Shown here in pieces: positions 9,797-20,602 of a DNA stretch of 23,628 nucleotides. The stretch is from Podospora anserina (taxonomy: Eukaryota): assembly GCA_017654855.1 (NCBI GenBank), contig CM030335.1, positions 3,906,001 to 3,929,628 of the forward strand, in the 5' to 3' direction. The position numbers and the translations under genes were made by a program. A model generated the notes under the pieces. The model did not search any database and was not told the origin of the DNA. It worked only from the letters and a program-made list of their open reading frames with translations. The first letter of the stretch is position 1, and every line of letters begins with the position of its first letter.

Positions 9797-10948
9797 ATAG
9801 CCGGAAACGTTAGTATTTAAAGGATCCCGACCTAACCTACTATCGACTAGCTTCTCGCCCGTATTTAAAAGCTTAAAGATAAGTTACGCCTTTCCCACAA
9901 CACCCTTACGCAAGAAAACGCTATACTTTACTAAGAAATTAGTACTTTACGCAGGGAGGGAAAGCGTATAAAGCTCGAGGCACTTAATCGCTATAGAGGT
10001 ATAAAGGGAGAGCTAGGAAAATTCTTAATCTAACTTAAGGTTTACTTTCGGTACTACCCTTCTCGTTTTCCAGACGAAAAATCTAAGGTTATATACGCTA
10101 CGTCCAGGCTTAAAAATATGGTACTTACGTAGTTCGAGCCGATTTTAGGAGATTACTTTAATAATACGTTTAATTAGAGGGAAGATATTACCTAAATATA
10201 TTTTAAATTATATAAAGGCTTTAAAAAGAAGATTAAGGAGGTATTTAGGGAGTATAATAAAGGTAGGCGTGCCCAGGAGCGACTAACCAACCTTAAGCAA
10301 ACTCGATCTACTACCGATTACGCTATAGTATTTAGGACAGACGTACTCCGTAGCATAATTAACGATAAACGGTTAATATAAACGTTCTACAACGGGCTTA
10401 AAGAAAAAGTTAAGGATAAGCTATATCGGATAGAACGACCGGAGACCATTAACGAGTATATCGCAATAGTAATCCGCATCGACGATCGATAATACTAGCG
10501 CCGTAAAAAGCGTAAAGGTATACGCATATAAGGACCCTACCACCCTAATAATAAAAGGAAAAGACGACCGTACGGTACTTACGTTTTAAGAACCACCTAC
10601 GCAGGACTTATAGAAGTCGATACTATTTAGTAGTAAAGGCCGTAAGGTTAAGGCCAAAGTAAAGAGAACTTTAAGTATTTTAATTATAGTAAAGTAAAAT
10701 ACTTTAAAAAGGATTATAAGGCACCTAAGTAACTCGGTTAGAAAAGGGAAATCGTAATAACTACTATATTAATAGAACCGAAAGTAATAAAGGTTACAGC
10801 TATCGGATACTAGCTAAGTAGAGCAAAGAACCGCTACTAGGTATAGATACGAAAAAGTATTAAAGAAATAAGAGGTAGAAGATAGGAGGAAGCTAGGCGG
10901 GTATAGTTAAAAGACTTTATATTACTAAATAACCCGGAGTAAAAAAAC
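9797..10948 (+). pseudogene. gag: gag (RIP-mutated)
   Basis: Frame from ATA (formerly ATG) at 9797: KLEALNRYRGIKGELGKFLI*LKVYFRYYPSRFPDEKSKVIYATSRL...*FEP, then LKQTRSTTDYA and FYNGLKEKVKDKL. Zinc knuckle YFNYSKVKYFKKDY (= CFNCGKxGHFKKDC) starts at 10676. The end is approximate. Confidence 0.88.
10942..10948 (+). promoter_or_regulatory. Candidate -1 ribosomal frameshift heptamer A AAA AAC between gag and pol
   Basis: The heptamer is phased correctly in the gag frame, and the protease and RT motifs lie in the -1 frame. RIP may have altered the exact bases. Confidence 0.55.
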
Positions 10949-13900
10949 GCTTTTAAACGATATAACCGCTTAAAAAATAATTTACGGCCCTTCGTAAGAG
11001 CCGGTAACCTTTAATGGACTACGAACGGTATTTTCGTAAATATCGGTGTAAAGTAAAAGTATAGGATAACGACCCGGTATTTACTAGCGAGGTCGCTACT
11101 ATATAGAGAAAAAGTAAGAAAAATAAACGCCTCTAAGTTATAGCGTACTAAAAAGATATTTAGGCGGTAGTATTAGTAAACGGAGGTATAGAGACAAACT
11201 TAATTTCGCTATAGTTCGTATACTAGGCTAAGATACTATAGAAGAAAAAGAAGGAATGGATCGTTATATAAAGACTATTTCCGACGTAAAGAGTCTATAG
11301 AGAAATATTACCTTTAATTATTATAGTTAAAGGAAAGATAAGTTTAATTATATTCGATATTATAAATATAGAACCCTCGAAAGATATAATTCTAAAGTAA
11401 TTATAATATAAAAACTATAATTTAAATATCGATTAAAGGGATAATAATTACCTACGACCGAAAGAACCTTAAAAGTATTTAGTTAACGATAAAAGATTAA
11501 GAGTATATATAGAGTAGAGTGTAGGATAAATACCCTTTACGGTACTACCGTAAAGAGCTTAAGAAATAATAATATACTTTATCGATATAGGCGGTAAGAT
11601 TGAAGAAATAGGGTTAATAACGTTAGTAGAGATATCGGAGGTTAATAAGTATATTTACTATAATAACGTAGAGAAAGGCGAGAAAAAAGCGGTACCGGTA
11701 GAATATTAAAGATACCTAGCCTTTACGGCTAAGTATTTAGAGAGGCTTTTAGAGCGAGGACCGTAAGATTATAAAATTAAGTTAAAAGAAGGAATTAAAT
11801 TATAACTATTTAAGGTCTATTATATTAACGATAAGCAGAGTAAAGAGCTACGGAAGTACTTAAATAAAAATCTAAAGAAAAGATATATTAAGGAGTCTAT
11901 ATTATTAGCAGAATACCCCGTATTTTTCGTACCGAAGAAGGACGGTAGTTTACGATTATATATAGACTACCGTTAATTAAATAACGTAACGGTAAAAAAC
12001 AATTACCCGCTACCGTTAATATCTAAGTTACGGAGTTAATTAGTAGGGGCGCGATACTTTATACGCTTAGATATACTTATCGGATATATTTATATACGGA
12101 TTAAAGAAAAAAATAAATAAAAGATAGCGTTTCGTATATTTTATAATTATTTCGAGTATTTCGTAATACTATTTAAGCTAACTAATATACCTGTAACGTT
12201 CTAATCTCTTATTAACTATACGATCCGAAAGTACTTTAATAAAATAATAGTATATTACCTCGACGACGTTTTTATCTATTTACGTACTTTAAAAAAGTAT
12301 AAGCGATACGTATAAGAAATATTCGACGCGCTATACGGAGCTGGACTTTTAATTAATAAGGAGAAAAGCGAGTTTTATATATAAAAGATAATATATTTAG
12401 GATATTTAATATCGCTAGGTAAGGTTTATATAGAACTAAGGAAAATTATAATAGTTAAAGATTAGTTTATACCGTAATTATAAATATACGTTAGGGAATT
12501 TTTAGGGTTTATAAACTTCTATCGGATATTTATTCGTAGGTACGTAGGAATCGCGCGACTATTTAACTACTTAACTAAAAAGGACGTAGAGTTTTAGTGG
12601 GGGTAGGAAGAGAAGTAGGCCTTTTAGGAGCTAAAAGAAGCTATTTTAAAGGACCCGGTACTTAAATTACTAAACTTTAATCGATTATTTAAGGTCGAGG
12701 CGGATATATTAGACTATACGATCGGTAAATAGTTAGGATAGCGAGATAATAACGGGAAGCTATACCTAGTAGCTTTCTTTTTAAAGAAATTAAAGGGGGT
12801 ACGTTAAAACTATTTAATCTATAATAAAGAACTATTCGCTATTATCGAAGCGTTCGAGGAGTGGAGGCTATACTTTAGTAGCACTAATTACGAAGTACAG
12901 GTCTATACGGATTATAAGAATCTACGATACTTTATTACTACGAAGGTCCTTAATGTACGGTAAATACGATAATTAAAGTTTCTTTCGGAATTTAACTTTT
13001 AAATTAATTATAAAAAGGGATCGGAAAACGCTAAGGTAAACGCACTTAACCGGCGATCTAATTACTATAAGGATGCACTTAGAGAATTATTACTATTACT
13101 CGAAAAGATATTAAAAGGTACTTTTAAATATCTACTTTAGCCGTAGATAGAGTGTTGCGTAGTATATCGTAAGTAAGCTACTTTTAGTAATAAGTATTAA
13201 GGAAGGCTAAGTAACGATATTACGGAGTAATACTAGTAAGAAAAGTTAAAGCTATAAGGTATCTAAAAAGATAGTTAGGGAAGACTGTAGTATAAGAATC
13301 GAGCGTACGTAATGCTAGGTAATAGGACGATACTAATAATAAAGATTTACGGATCGAAGTTCGGAGGATATATAGGTATCGCTAAGACTATAGAAAAGAT
13401 TAAGTAGCACTTTAACTAGCTAAAGATTAAGGATAACGTTAAGGAAGCTATTTAATTATATTATACGTATAAGAGAATAAAGGTTACGAGGTATAAGCTA
13501 TACAGATTTTTAAAGCTATTATTAATAGTAAAATAATTATAAAGTTTAGTTACAATAAACTTTATTACTAAATTACTAGAGTTAAAAAATACGGTAACCG
13601 GCGTTAAATACAATAGTATATTAACGGTAGTCGATAGGTTTACTAAGTAAATATACTTCTTATCTTATAAAGAAACTTAGTCGGTAGAGTAATTAACGGA
13701 TATAGTACTACGGTATATTATAGTAATATATATATAGTTAAGGGAATTTATTACGGACCGCGACACTAAATTCGTATTGAAGTTTTAGAAAGCGTTAATA
13801 ACTAGGCTAGGGGTAATAAGTAAAGCGTTTTCGGCCTATTATTTTTAGACGGACGGTTAAACGGAACGGTTTAATTAAATCGTAAAATAGTATTTATAAA

Positions 13901-14603
13901 ATTATATTAATTTTAAGTAGGACGATTAGGTTAAACTATTACTTACGGTATAGTTAATATATAATATATTACTAATAGAGACTACGAAAGTTATACCCTT
14001 CTTCGCGAATTTCGGCTACGAAGCAGACTTACGGTAGGGACTTACGGTTAAGGTATTTAGGGCTAAAGTTAAGGTAAATAAACTATATATACTTTACGGT
14101 AAGCTAAAGTAAGAGCTGGAGTTTATAAGGGAAAGGATATAGAAATACTATAATACTAAAAGGCTCGAGGGACTTTACTTTAAGAGGGGGAATATAGTAT
14201 TTTTTTTATACGTAATTTACGTATTAAAAGACTTAGTAAGAAGCTAAACTATAGGAGAGTAGGCCTATTTAAGGTTAAAAGAAAAATTTTAAAGACGGTA
14301 TTCGAATTGAAGTTACTTAGTACAATACGTTTACGGTTATATACTTTTTATATTTTACTTCTGGAACCCGTACTATATATAAATAAAGCTAATATATAAG
14401 TAGTGGCGGAGGACGAAGAAAAAGAATATAATATAGAAAAAATACTAGATTTACGGTTTAATAAAAATTAATTAAAGTATTTAGTTAGTTAGTTAGGATA
14501 TTTAACTATAGATAATTCGTAGGAACTAAAGGTATATCTTAATTGCCCGGATAAGTAAAAAGTATTTTACCGGTAATACCTAGACCGACCAAAACCTAAA
14601 TAA
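10945..14603 (+). pseudogene. pol: pol (protease, reverse transcriptase, RNase H, integrase, chromodomain), RIP-mutated
   Basis: PR VLVNGGIETNLIS (= ALVDGGAETNLIS) at 11170. RT FFVPKKDGSLRLYIDYR near 11925 and YLDD at 12256-12267. RH EADILDYTIG near 12697. IN INFITKLL (= MDFITKLP) at 13555, ITDRDTKF at 13750, TDG*TERFN at 13849, and GLFKV (= GPFKV) near 14262. Chromodomain EYNIEKILD..YLVS*LGY..DNS*EL at 14424-14590. Confidence 0.93.
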
Positions 14604-14658
14604 GTAAAAAGACCCAGCCCTAGGTTATAGCCAGACGGCTATAATATAGAGCTAAAAA

Positions 14659-14728
14659 AACCTCGGTAAAAATCGAACCTATATTTTCGACGTAGTGGTC
14701 GATATACTACACGCTATACTACGAGGTT
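14659..14728 (-). ncRNA. tRNA-like cloverleaf 1 in the retrotransposon 3' region (70 nt, 6-nt anticodon loop)
   Basis: Minus strand: AACCTCG TA GTAT AGCGTGTA GTAT A TCGAC CACTAC GTCGA AAAT ATAGG TTCGATT TTTAC CGAGGTT. It has a perfect 7-bp acceptor stem, a perfect 5-bp anticodon stem and a GGTTCGA T-loop, followed by a T-run. Confidence 0.7.
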
Positions 14729-14868
14729 AATAGGTATAAAAGAATTTAGGCTTAAATAGTACTATATGCCTCTACCGCAGTAGGAAAGAGCCGAAAATAT
14801 ACGACCGGCAGGGTAGCTAAAAAAATAGTATTTAAATTTACGGACTAAATCTATAAATTTAGATATAG

Positions 14869-14938
14869 AACCTCGACGGGAGTCGAACCTATACCTTCGA
14901 TTTAGTAACCGACGTGTTATATATTATATTACGAGGTT
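14869..14938 (-). ncRNA. tRNA-like cloverleaf 2 in the retrotransposon 3' region (70 nt, 6-nt anticodon loop)
   Basis: Minus strand: AACCTCG TA ATAT AATATATA ACAC G TCGGT TACTAA ATCGA AGGT ATAGG TTCGACT CCCGT CGAGGTT. It has a perfect acceptor stem and an intact B-box GGTTCGACTCC. Confidence 0.72.
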
Positions 14939-14980
14939 AGAAGGTATAGAAGGACCTAAGTATAAGTAATACTACGCGTC

Positions 14981-15664
14981 TTAACTACCCTAAGAAATAA
15001 AAGGCGCGCCTTTAGCGGTACCTTACGGAGTTAGGAAGGAAGGACCGGCTACGCCCGGGTCCAAAGAAAGGTTAGGCGGCTAGTCGAAGCCTAAGGAAGG
15101 GTCCAGGAAAGAAAAGTCGGAAGGAACGAGGGCGGAGGACTTTACCGCGGGATAATCCGGGGGACCTAAGGGAGTAAAAGTAAAAGAGGGAGCGTCGTTA
15201 AATAACGAGGGAGCTTGCGCGGCTAGCGTAGCCTTCTCCTACTCTATACACTTTAGCTCTTTAATACTGTCGAGGCTACGGGAAATAGCTATAGCTATTT
15301 ACCTAAACTATATTCGTTTCTATAAACGTAAACGGTTAATTTTTTAATTTAAAGCCGCACGTTAAGACTCGGCCTCTACTATTTCCGTCTCTAACTAATC
15401 GTATTAAGAAATAACTTTACGGAGCTACTAAACGGATAACCCACGAGCGTTATAAAGGGATTAATTATATTATATATAAGAAGCGTAACGCTTAAAGATA
15501 GAAGGGGAAATCTTATATAAAAAACTATACCTTTTATAAAAGGAATAAATATGCTTTATAATAATAGTAAACCGAAGGATAGTAATAAGTAGCTCGTTAC
15601 GATCCGCTATTTTCGAGTATAAGGGTTTAATACTAAGTTATACTTTATTTACGCGGTTAAATAT
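14981..15664 (-). pseudogene. Antisense accessory ORF of the retrotransposon (~227 codons): Zn2Cys6-like cluster, coiled coil and acidic Ser/Pro tail, RIP-mutated
   Basis: Single frame with no frameshift, and all internal stops are TAA/TAG. 15547-15452 reads Y-SF-Y-KRYSFL-Y-KISPSIFKR-Y-AS-Y-I*YN*SL-Y, followed by LETEIVEAES*RAALN*KINRLRL*KR, ISRSLDSIKELK and PSDFSFLDPSLGFD*PP. Confidence 0.68.
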
Positions 15665-15754
15665 AATAAAGTATAATAAATAGAGGAAAAAGGGAAGAAC
15701 TTATAAGTATTAGTAGACGTAAGAAAGTAGGCTAGGCCGACGGGACTTTAGTTT

Positions 15755-15770
15755 AGAAAGGGAAGTATTA
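15755..15770 (+). other. Polypurine tract
   Basis: agaaagggaagtatta immediately before the 3' LTR. Confidence 0.7.
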
Positions 15771-16154
15771 TATTACGGCTTAATACTTTAGTAGGGCGCG
15801 GGGCGTACTACAGGCCAATTATTAATACAAAAGCGAGGACTAATTAGAGTAGGATTATTAGGATCGAGGATCGATTTAAAAAAGTTAATCTTAAAAGGGA
15901 TAGTATCGATAAGATCGATAGTCGAGTTAATCGATCCAGAATAGTGCTAGGCTTAATATAGGGTCTATATATATAAAGGAACTAGCTAGTATAAATAAAT
16001 AGTTCCGTAGTATATAATATAAGCCTATATTTACGGTATTTAGTATTTGTATTAAGATATTTTGTTATGCACTATTTAGCTACACCGAACTAATTATTAG
16101 AAGTTACCTTCAACCAATATCCCTTTTAAAGGTTTTGTATAGGGGTTCGTTACA
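15771..16154 (+). repeat. 3' LTR (384 bp)
   Basis: tattacggcttaatac...ggggttcgttaca, followed by the CTTAT target-site duplication. Confidence 0.95.
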
Positions 16155-16287
16155 CTTATCCACTTATACGTAACCCACTTTACCTTTAATAGGGTATCCT
16201 TTTCTAAAAAAACTTACTAATAAACTTTAATTTAATAATATCTCGCATTATATATAACTATTATATTACTATTAATACTATATTAAA

Positions 16288-19200
16288 ATAGACCCTTTTA
16301 TTTATATCTCCCGCTTTTAAATTCTTATTTATAAAAAATATAAGGTAATTACTTTTATAAATAAAGTGCCTACCTATCTTCGTACGTCCTATAAAAATAT
16401 TATAGTTATAAATAAACTAAATATTATACGAAAATATAATAATTTATTAGCGGTCTTTCGAAAATAATAAGATTTAATAAACTTTATATTTCCTTTTACG
16501 GTAATTAATTTAATTCTAGAACTAGGGAAGCCTTCTTTTAATAGATTAAAGTGCAATACTTATACTTATATCGTACGAATTAAGAGGGCGATATAGGAGT
16601 ATTACTATACGAGGTACGATTAGGTTAACCTTAATATAAAAGGGAAAAATATTAAAGTAGCTGAATAATATTAGGGACCTTAAATAATTAGGATATATTA
16701 TTAGTGGTTTTTTAAAAGTTAGTTAGCTATTAGATATTTTAAAGTACGATTAATGGAGCCGGTAGCCGGGAGTTTTAATTTCGTATAATAAACTTAAAGA
16801 TAAAAAGAATAGTTTATAGTATTTTATTATACGATTAGTTTAACCCTTTAAAAAATATTAATAATTATTATAGTAAATAAAGGACGATTAGTTTTAAATC
16901 CCTAATTAAATAAAATAGGTTAAATATATTACTTTAGGTTTTTAAATCGGTAAACCGTATATCGTTCGACCTTTCCTAACATAAACGAAGGATAGTTAAA
17001 TAGTAAGAATCTAATTACCTTTACAGTCCTTTACAAAATCTAAAAGAGAATTAATTAAGTTATTACCGATATAATAATAAAGTCGTCGTTTAATAAAGTC
17101 AGTTACTTAGTTTTATTCGAGGTTAATAAAAAACGATCGACTAAAAACCCTTTAAACCTTTTAATAATAGTAACCTAGTTTTTTATACGATATAAAAGTA
17201 TTTTTTTATCTAAAAAAGGATTTTTAAATATATTTACTATATATACAGCTAGGATTAATAGGATCAGTTACTATACGATTTAAACGTTAATTAAATACAA
17301 AGTTTGAAAACTATTATATAAGTGATATAGGAGTTTTATTATAGTAACGATAAAGCCGGAGGAAAGTTATTAAATTAAGTACTTATCGATTTTTTTATTA
17401 GACTTTTAGATTATCCTCTTTTATAGTCGTTATACGAAAGCGCCTTCCTTTTTACCCTAGTTACTATAGCCCTAAAGGATAATAAAAAGTAATATCGGAT
17501 ATTTCTATTCCGGAAATTCCTTAAAATAATTTAAAAAATAATATAAGCTAAAATAAAATTAAGTATTCCTTTTTTTTCGATTTTAGTAATATATATTTCC
17601 GGCGGCTTTAAAATTAAATCGTATAACGAATTACCGAAAATCCTTTCCTTACCTAACTTTAGTTAAGAGAATAGGGCGATAATTATATTTATTATACGAC
17701 TAAAGCTTAATTATACCTGGACCGGATAAATAAACTTCGATTTCTCCTTTTTATTACCGTTTATTTATTAGTAAAGTTACCGCCTTATATAATAAAGCTT
17801 TTAAGTATAAGGTTTTATAATATATTAGTTAAAGGGATTAAAAATATATTTATTTAATACGGTATACCTATAATTATATTACGGTATAATAAAAGGTTAA
17901 AGTATACTAAATGATTAAAAGTTATTTATTATTATTTTTTAAGGGAGCTAGGTATAAACGTCGTATAATATTTTTAGTTTATTTACTTCTTTTATTTTAA
18001 TTTATAATACTAACTTAACGGAGTTTCTACCCCTACTTTATTCTTTTAGGATTTTAAATTTATATAGCTATTTAAAAATATTAAGTTTAGGGGTACCGGC
18101 TAAAGTATATCCTCCGGTAACCTAGGAAATTAAGAGTCGTTTAATAAAGTTAGCCGGGCCCTCGTATCGTATATAAAGCGCTACTTCGGATCTAAAATCA
18201 GTATTCGGCCTTAGTATTATATTATTATAAGTATTATTTACTAATTTCTTACTTACTTTATTTTAAAAAGTTTATTGGAAAATAAGATAGTACTGTCGTC
18301 CGATAATTATAACGGGTTTAATTTTAACTACGACGAGGATAATAAAAATAAAGGCTTTAATTCTATTATTACGGCCCAAACCGGCTACTCGGAAAGGATT
18401 GCTAGAATAGTATATATTAAGTATATTAACTAAGGAAAGTTAAAGTATACCGTATAATAATAACGGTTTATAAAGCTTAATTAATTATAGCATTAATTAT
18501 TTACCTTTAGCTCGGACGATACTTTAACCCTTTAATAAACTAAAAACTAATTTCTTTTAAAACTAATATTAAACCGTACGGTAGGGACGACTCCGGTATT
18601 TAGTTAGCCTTAATATTAAAGGCTATTTCCATTAAATATTTAATAACTTTAATATTAATTTTAAAAGTAATTAGCGTAAAGTATTAACTTTTATTATATA
18701 AAGGTTTAGCCTAATCCTTTATATTACTGGGATAGGTAATAGAAAAAGTATTATCTTTTTATTTTTAACTTATTATACGAAAGACAGAGTTATTATTATT
18801 ATTTTTTTTTATAGTACTATAAAAGGATATAGCCCGGCGTTATAAAAAATTAGGGATTAGTTATACGATTTAGAGTTTTAAAGAGGTTTCGATTAATTAA
18901 ATTATTTTTAAAACTCTAAAGGCTTTTAATATTAAAATGTTTAAGACCTTCGTTAATAGGCTTAACGTATAATAATAATTCAACCGGATTATTTTTAATA
19001 AGTATTATACTATTTTAAACTTATCGTACGAATTCGATTATTCCTCCGGTAAATTAATTAATATATAGCTTTAATCGGGATATAATTACTTTTCTTAATA
19101 GCTACCCTCTTACCTCGGGACTTACTAAGGTTTTATAAATGTTTATATTTTAATTTATAAAAGGTAATTTTCGTACGGTTTATTATATTCCGGTCGAATA

Positions 19201-20602
19201 TTAAATACTTTATAGTTAAGTATAGGGATTAAAAGGCTATTCTTTAAGCCCTCTACTAGTAAATTAATTTTATCGGTAACTATAATCTTTATATAAAGGT
19301 TATTATTTATTTCCTTTCGATCGATTTTATTATAACTATTTTATATTTACTTAAGTATCTAGTATACTATAGTAGTATAGAAAAGAGTATTTAAAAGAGT
19401 AAGATCGTACGAGGGTAAATTAAAAGCGGTAATACTATTATAGTAACGTTTGCCCTAGGTATTAGTATTAATATTCTAAACGTATAATATGTTTTTTATA
19501 CCGGGCTTTTAAAGATATTAAAGGACTTTATTTAAAAAAGTAAATAAGTTAGGAAAAATAGAGTAAAGGCCGAATCGGTAATTTTTTTTATAAAAGGTTA
19601 TACGGCCGGAAGGTTAATTACCGGAGCTATAGATTTAGTATTATTAGAGATAGAGTATTTTATACGGAATAGTAACCCATATTATAGGATTATTCTTTTC
19701 CGGGTAATAGACTGGCGGATAAATAAGGCCGGGTATAAGGAAGGTAAAAAGTTATATAAGTTATATAAAAAGCGGTTTTTTAATATAGTATATATAATAT
19801 TATTCCGAATAGAAAAGGAAGGTTATAGGTTTTATTATACGGTAACCCCGGAGGCTATAAATAAATAGGTTTTCGATATAGCTATTAATAAAGAAAAGTA
19901 ATATTAAGTTATTATAAAAAACGGGAAAGGACGAAGGATATTATATAAAACGTAAAGGTTATATTTAAAGCGTTTTTATAATTACAAGTAAATTATATAA
20001 TTTATTTTTTAAAGTATATTAAATTTAAAGAGGAATGCGTATAGTACGAATTTTAGTAATTAACAGCTTACGGACTTTATAATATTATACGAAATATTTT
20101 ATAATTAATTAAATTTTTTAATAAATTAGAAAAGCTATATATATTAAAAGGTTTATTTAAAGATAAACGGATTTAAAAAAAAAGTATGGAGTTAAGCGAT
20201 TAGCTTTTAAAGGTTAAAGGTTTAAGTTTAAGTACCGTAGGAAAGCTAAACGGAGGTTTCTAGGGGTATAATAAGTATAGGGTTCCTAAAAGGTTTTACA
20301 GGCGGTAAGAACCGTTAAGGGAAAATAAAAGTTCGTTTTATAAGTCTAGGAAAGATTATTCGTACGGGATAAAATTAATAATAAACTTAATTATAATTAA
20401 AAAAAGGGGTTTAGGTTAGTTTAAAGAGGATATTAAAGTACTTTATTAAAAATATAGGGTTATATTAAATAACGAAATAGGGGTAATATATCGGTTACTC
20501 GTACGGGTAAAAGTATTAGATATTAAGTATTTTATAATAACATTAGTTTGGGTTAAGGTATAGGAGGAAATTCGTACGAAATATCCAAAGTTAATAGAGT
20601 AA
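16288..20602 (+). pseudogene. Telomere-linked RecQ-like helicase (TLH) pseudogene, about 1,440 codons, with RIP stops and several frameshifts
   Basis: De-RIPed motifs in order: N-terminal DUF3505-like zinc domain (MDPFIH..ICKEC..VPTHLRTSH; DGLKCNTCTYI..MQEHCRTRHDWVNP); Walker A IGNRKS (= TGSGKS) at 18732-18749; NRIIFNKYY (= DRIIFDECH) at 18982-19008; LIATLLP (= LTATLPP) at 19095; FALGISINILNV (= SALGIGIDIPDV) near 19450; *KSK*VRKNR (= QESGRAGRDG) at 19533-19562; RecQ zinc motif CRR...MD...CEEGEELCELC at about 19680-19765. The end is approximate. Confidence 0.88.

Larger units (their letters stand above)
9360..16154 (+). mobile_element. Full-length RIP-inactivated Ty3/Gypsy LTR retrotransposon (chromovirus), 6795 bp
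   Basis: TG...CA termini, two 384-bp LTRs, 5-bp target-site duplication CTTAT (9355-9359 and 16155-16159), and domain order gag-PR-RT-RH-IN-chromodomain. Confidence 0.97.

Noticed and set aside
14659-14938. Functional decoding tRNA genes
   Set aside because: Both have 6-nt anticodon loops and RIP-damaged D and T stems, so no anticodon can be assigned. They are reported as tRNA-like only.
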